Shown one piece after another: positions 43,319-43,359 of a stretch of DNA of 43,359 nucleotides. The position numbers and the translations under genes were made by a program. Within the stretch, counting starts at the first letter, position 1, and each line of letters opens with the position of its first letter. The DNA is from an uncultured Gammaproteobacteria bacterium (lineage in GTDB: Bacteria; Patescibacteriota; Patescibacteriia; UBA2591; UBA6264), in contig CAZMJP010000002.1 of assembly GCA_964566895.1 (NCBI GenBank), forward strand, positions 1-43,359, written 5' to 3'. Below the pieces are notes generated by a model that saw only the letters and a program-made list of their open reading frames with translations, was not told the DNA's origin and did no database searches.

Positions 43319-43359
43319 GGGGAAGGAATCGGACCTTCATTCCAGCTTCCAAAGAGCCG
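43311..43359 (-). tRNA. tRNA-Gln (anticodon UUG), 3' portion truncated by the window edge
   Basis: Minus strand reads CGGCT-CTTTGGA-AGCTG (anticodon arm, anticodon TTG at 43350-43352), GAAT, GAAGG-TCCGATT-CCTTC (T arm), CCCCGCA-G-CCA. A72 and G73 fit bacterial tRNA-Gln identity, and the CCA is encoded. The T-loop has C where U55 is expected. Confidence 0.65.

Overview
Gene-dense, low-GC chromosomal segment with almost every gene on the minus strand. The gene content suggests a small-genome, Gram-positive-like bacterium, possibly of the Patescibacteria/CPR type; this is inference from content only, with no search run. Supporting traits are short housekeeping proteins, an archaeal-type UMP kinase, a translin-family protein, a half-length TsaB, and a type IV pilus locus without a secretin. 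Housekeeping genes recognised by motif are ppsA, rnj, tsaB, rplJ-rplL, argS, gap, yaaT, tsf, rpsB, rpmE, prfA, L25/Ctc, rodA and mutM. Both window edges cut through tRNA genes on the minus strand: an unassignable 5' half at 1-33 and a tRNA-Gln(UUG) 3' half at 43311-43359. Four parts deserve attention. (1) A ~12 kb type IV pilus locus (12056-24395) contains pilB, pilC, four pilin-like genes, an embedded PilS-like kinase and a PilM-PilN-SH3b fusion. It also encodes a 1008-aa pilin-headed protein built from a duplicated [7-blade propeller + beta-sandwich] module, a candidate tip adhesin. (2) A tightly coupled three-gene operon (36334-39785) has its own consensus promoter and terminator. It encodes a 501-aa PP-loop-like protein, a Ddl-like ATP-grasp ligase and a short KamA-type radical-SAM aminomutase. 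I cannot assign it to a known pathway, and it is my best candidate for an undescribed system. (3) A divergent pair of perfect sigma70-type promoters drives an 84-aa Cys-containing protein and a ~160-nt structured RNA with a C-rich apical loop and an intrinsic terminator. (4) The last ~2.6 kb next to tRNA-Gln holds dinD, an AT-rich orphan ORF, a GGGGTC repeat array and nested hairpins that reuse the tRNA 3' end, which looks like an accessory islet. No CRISPR array, rRNA, transposase or integrase was seen. All functional calls rest on motif recognition by eye, not on database searches.
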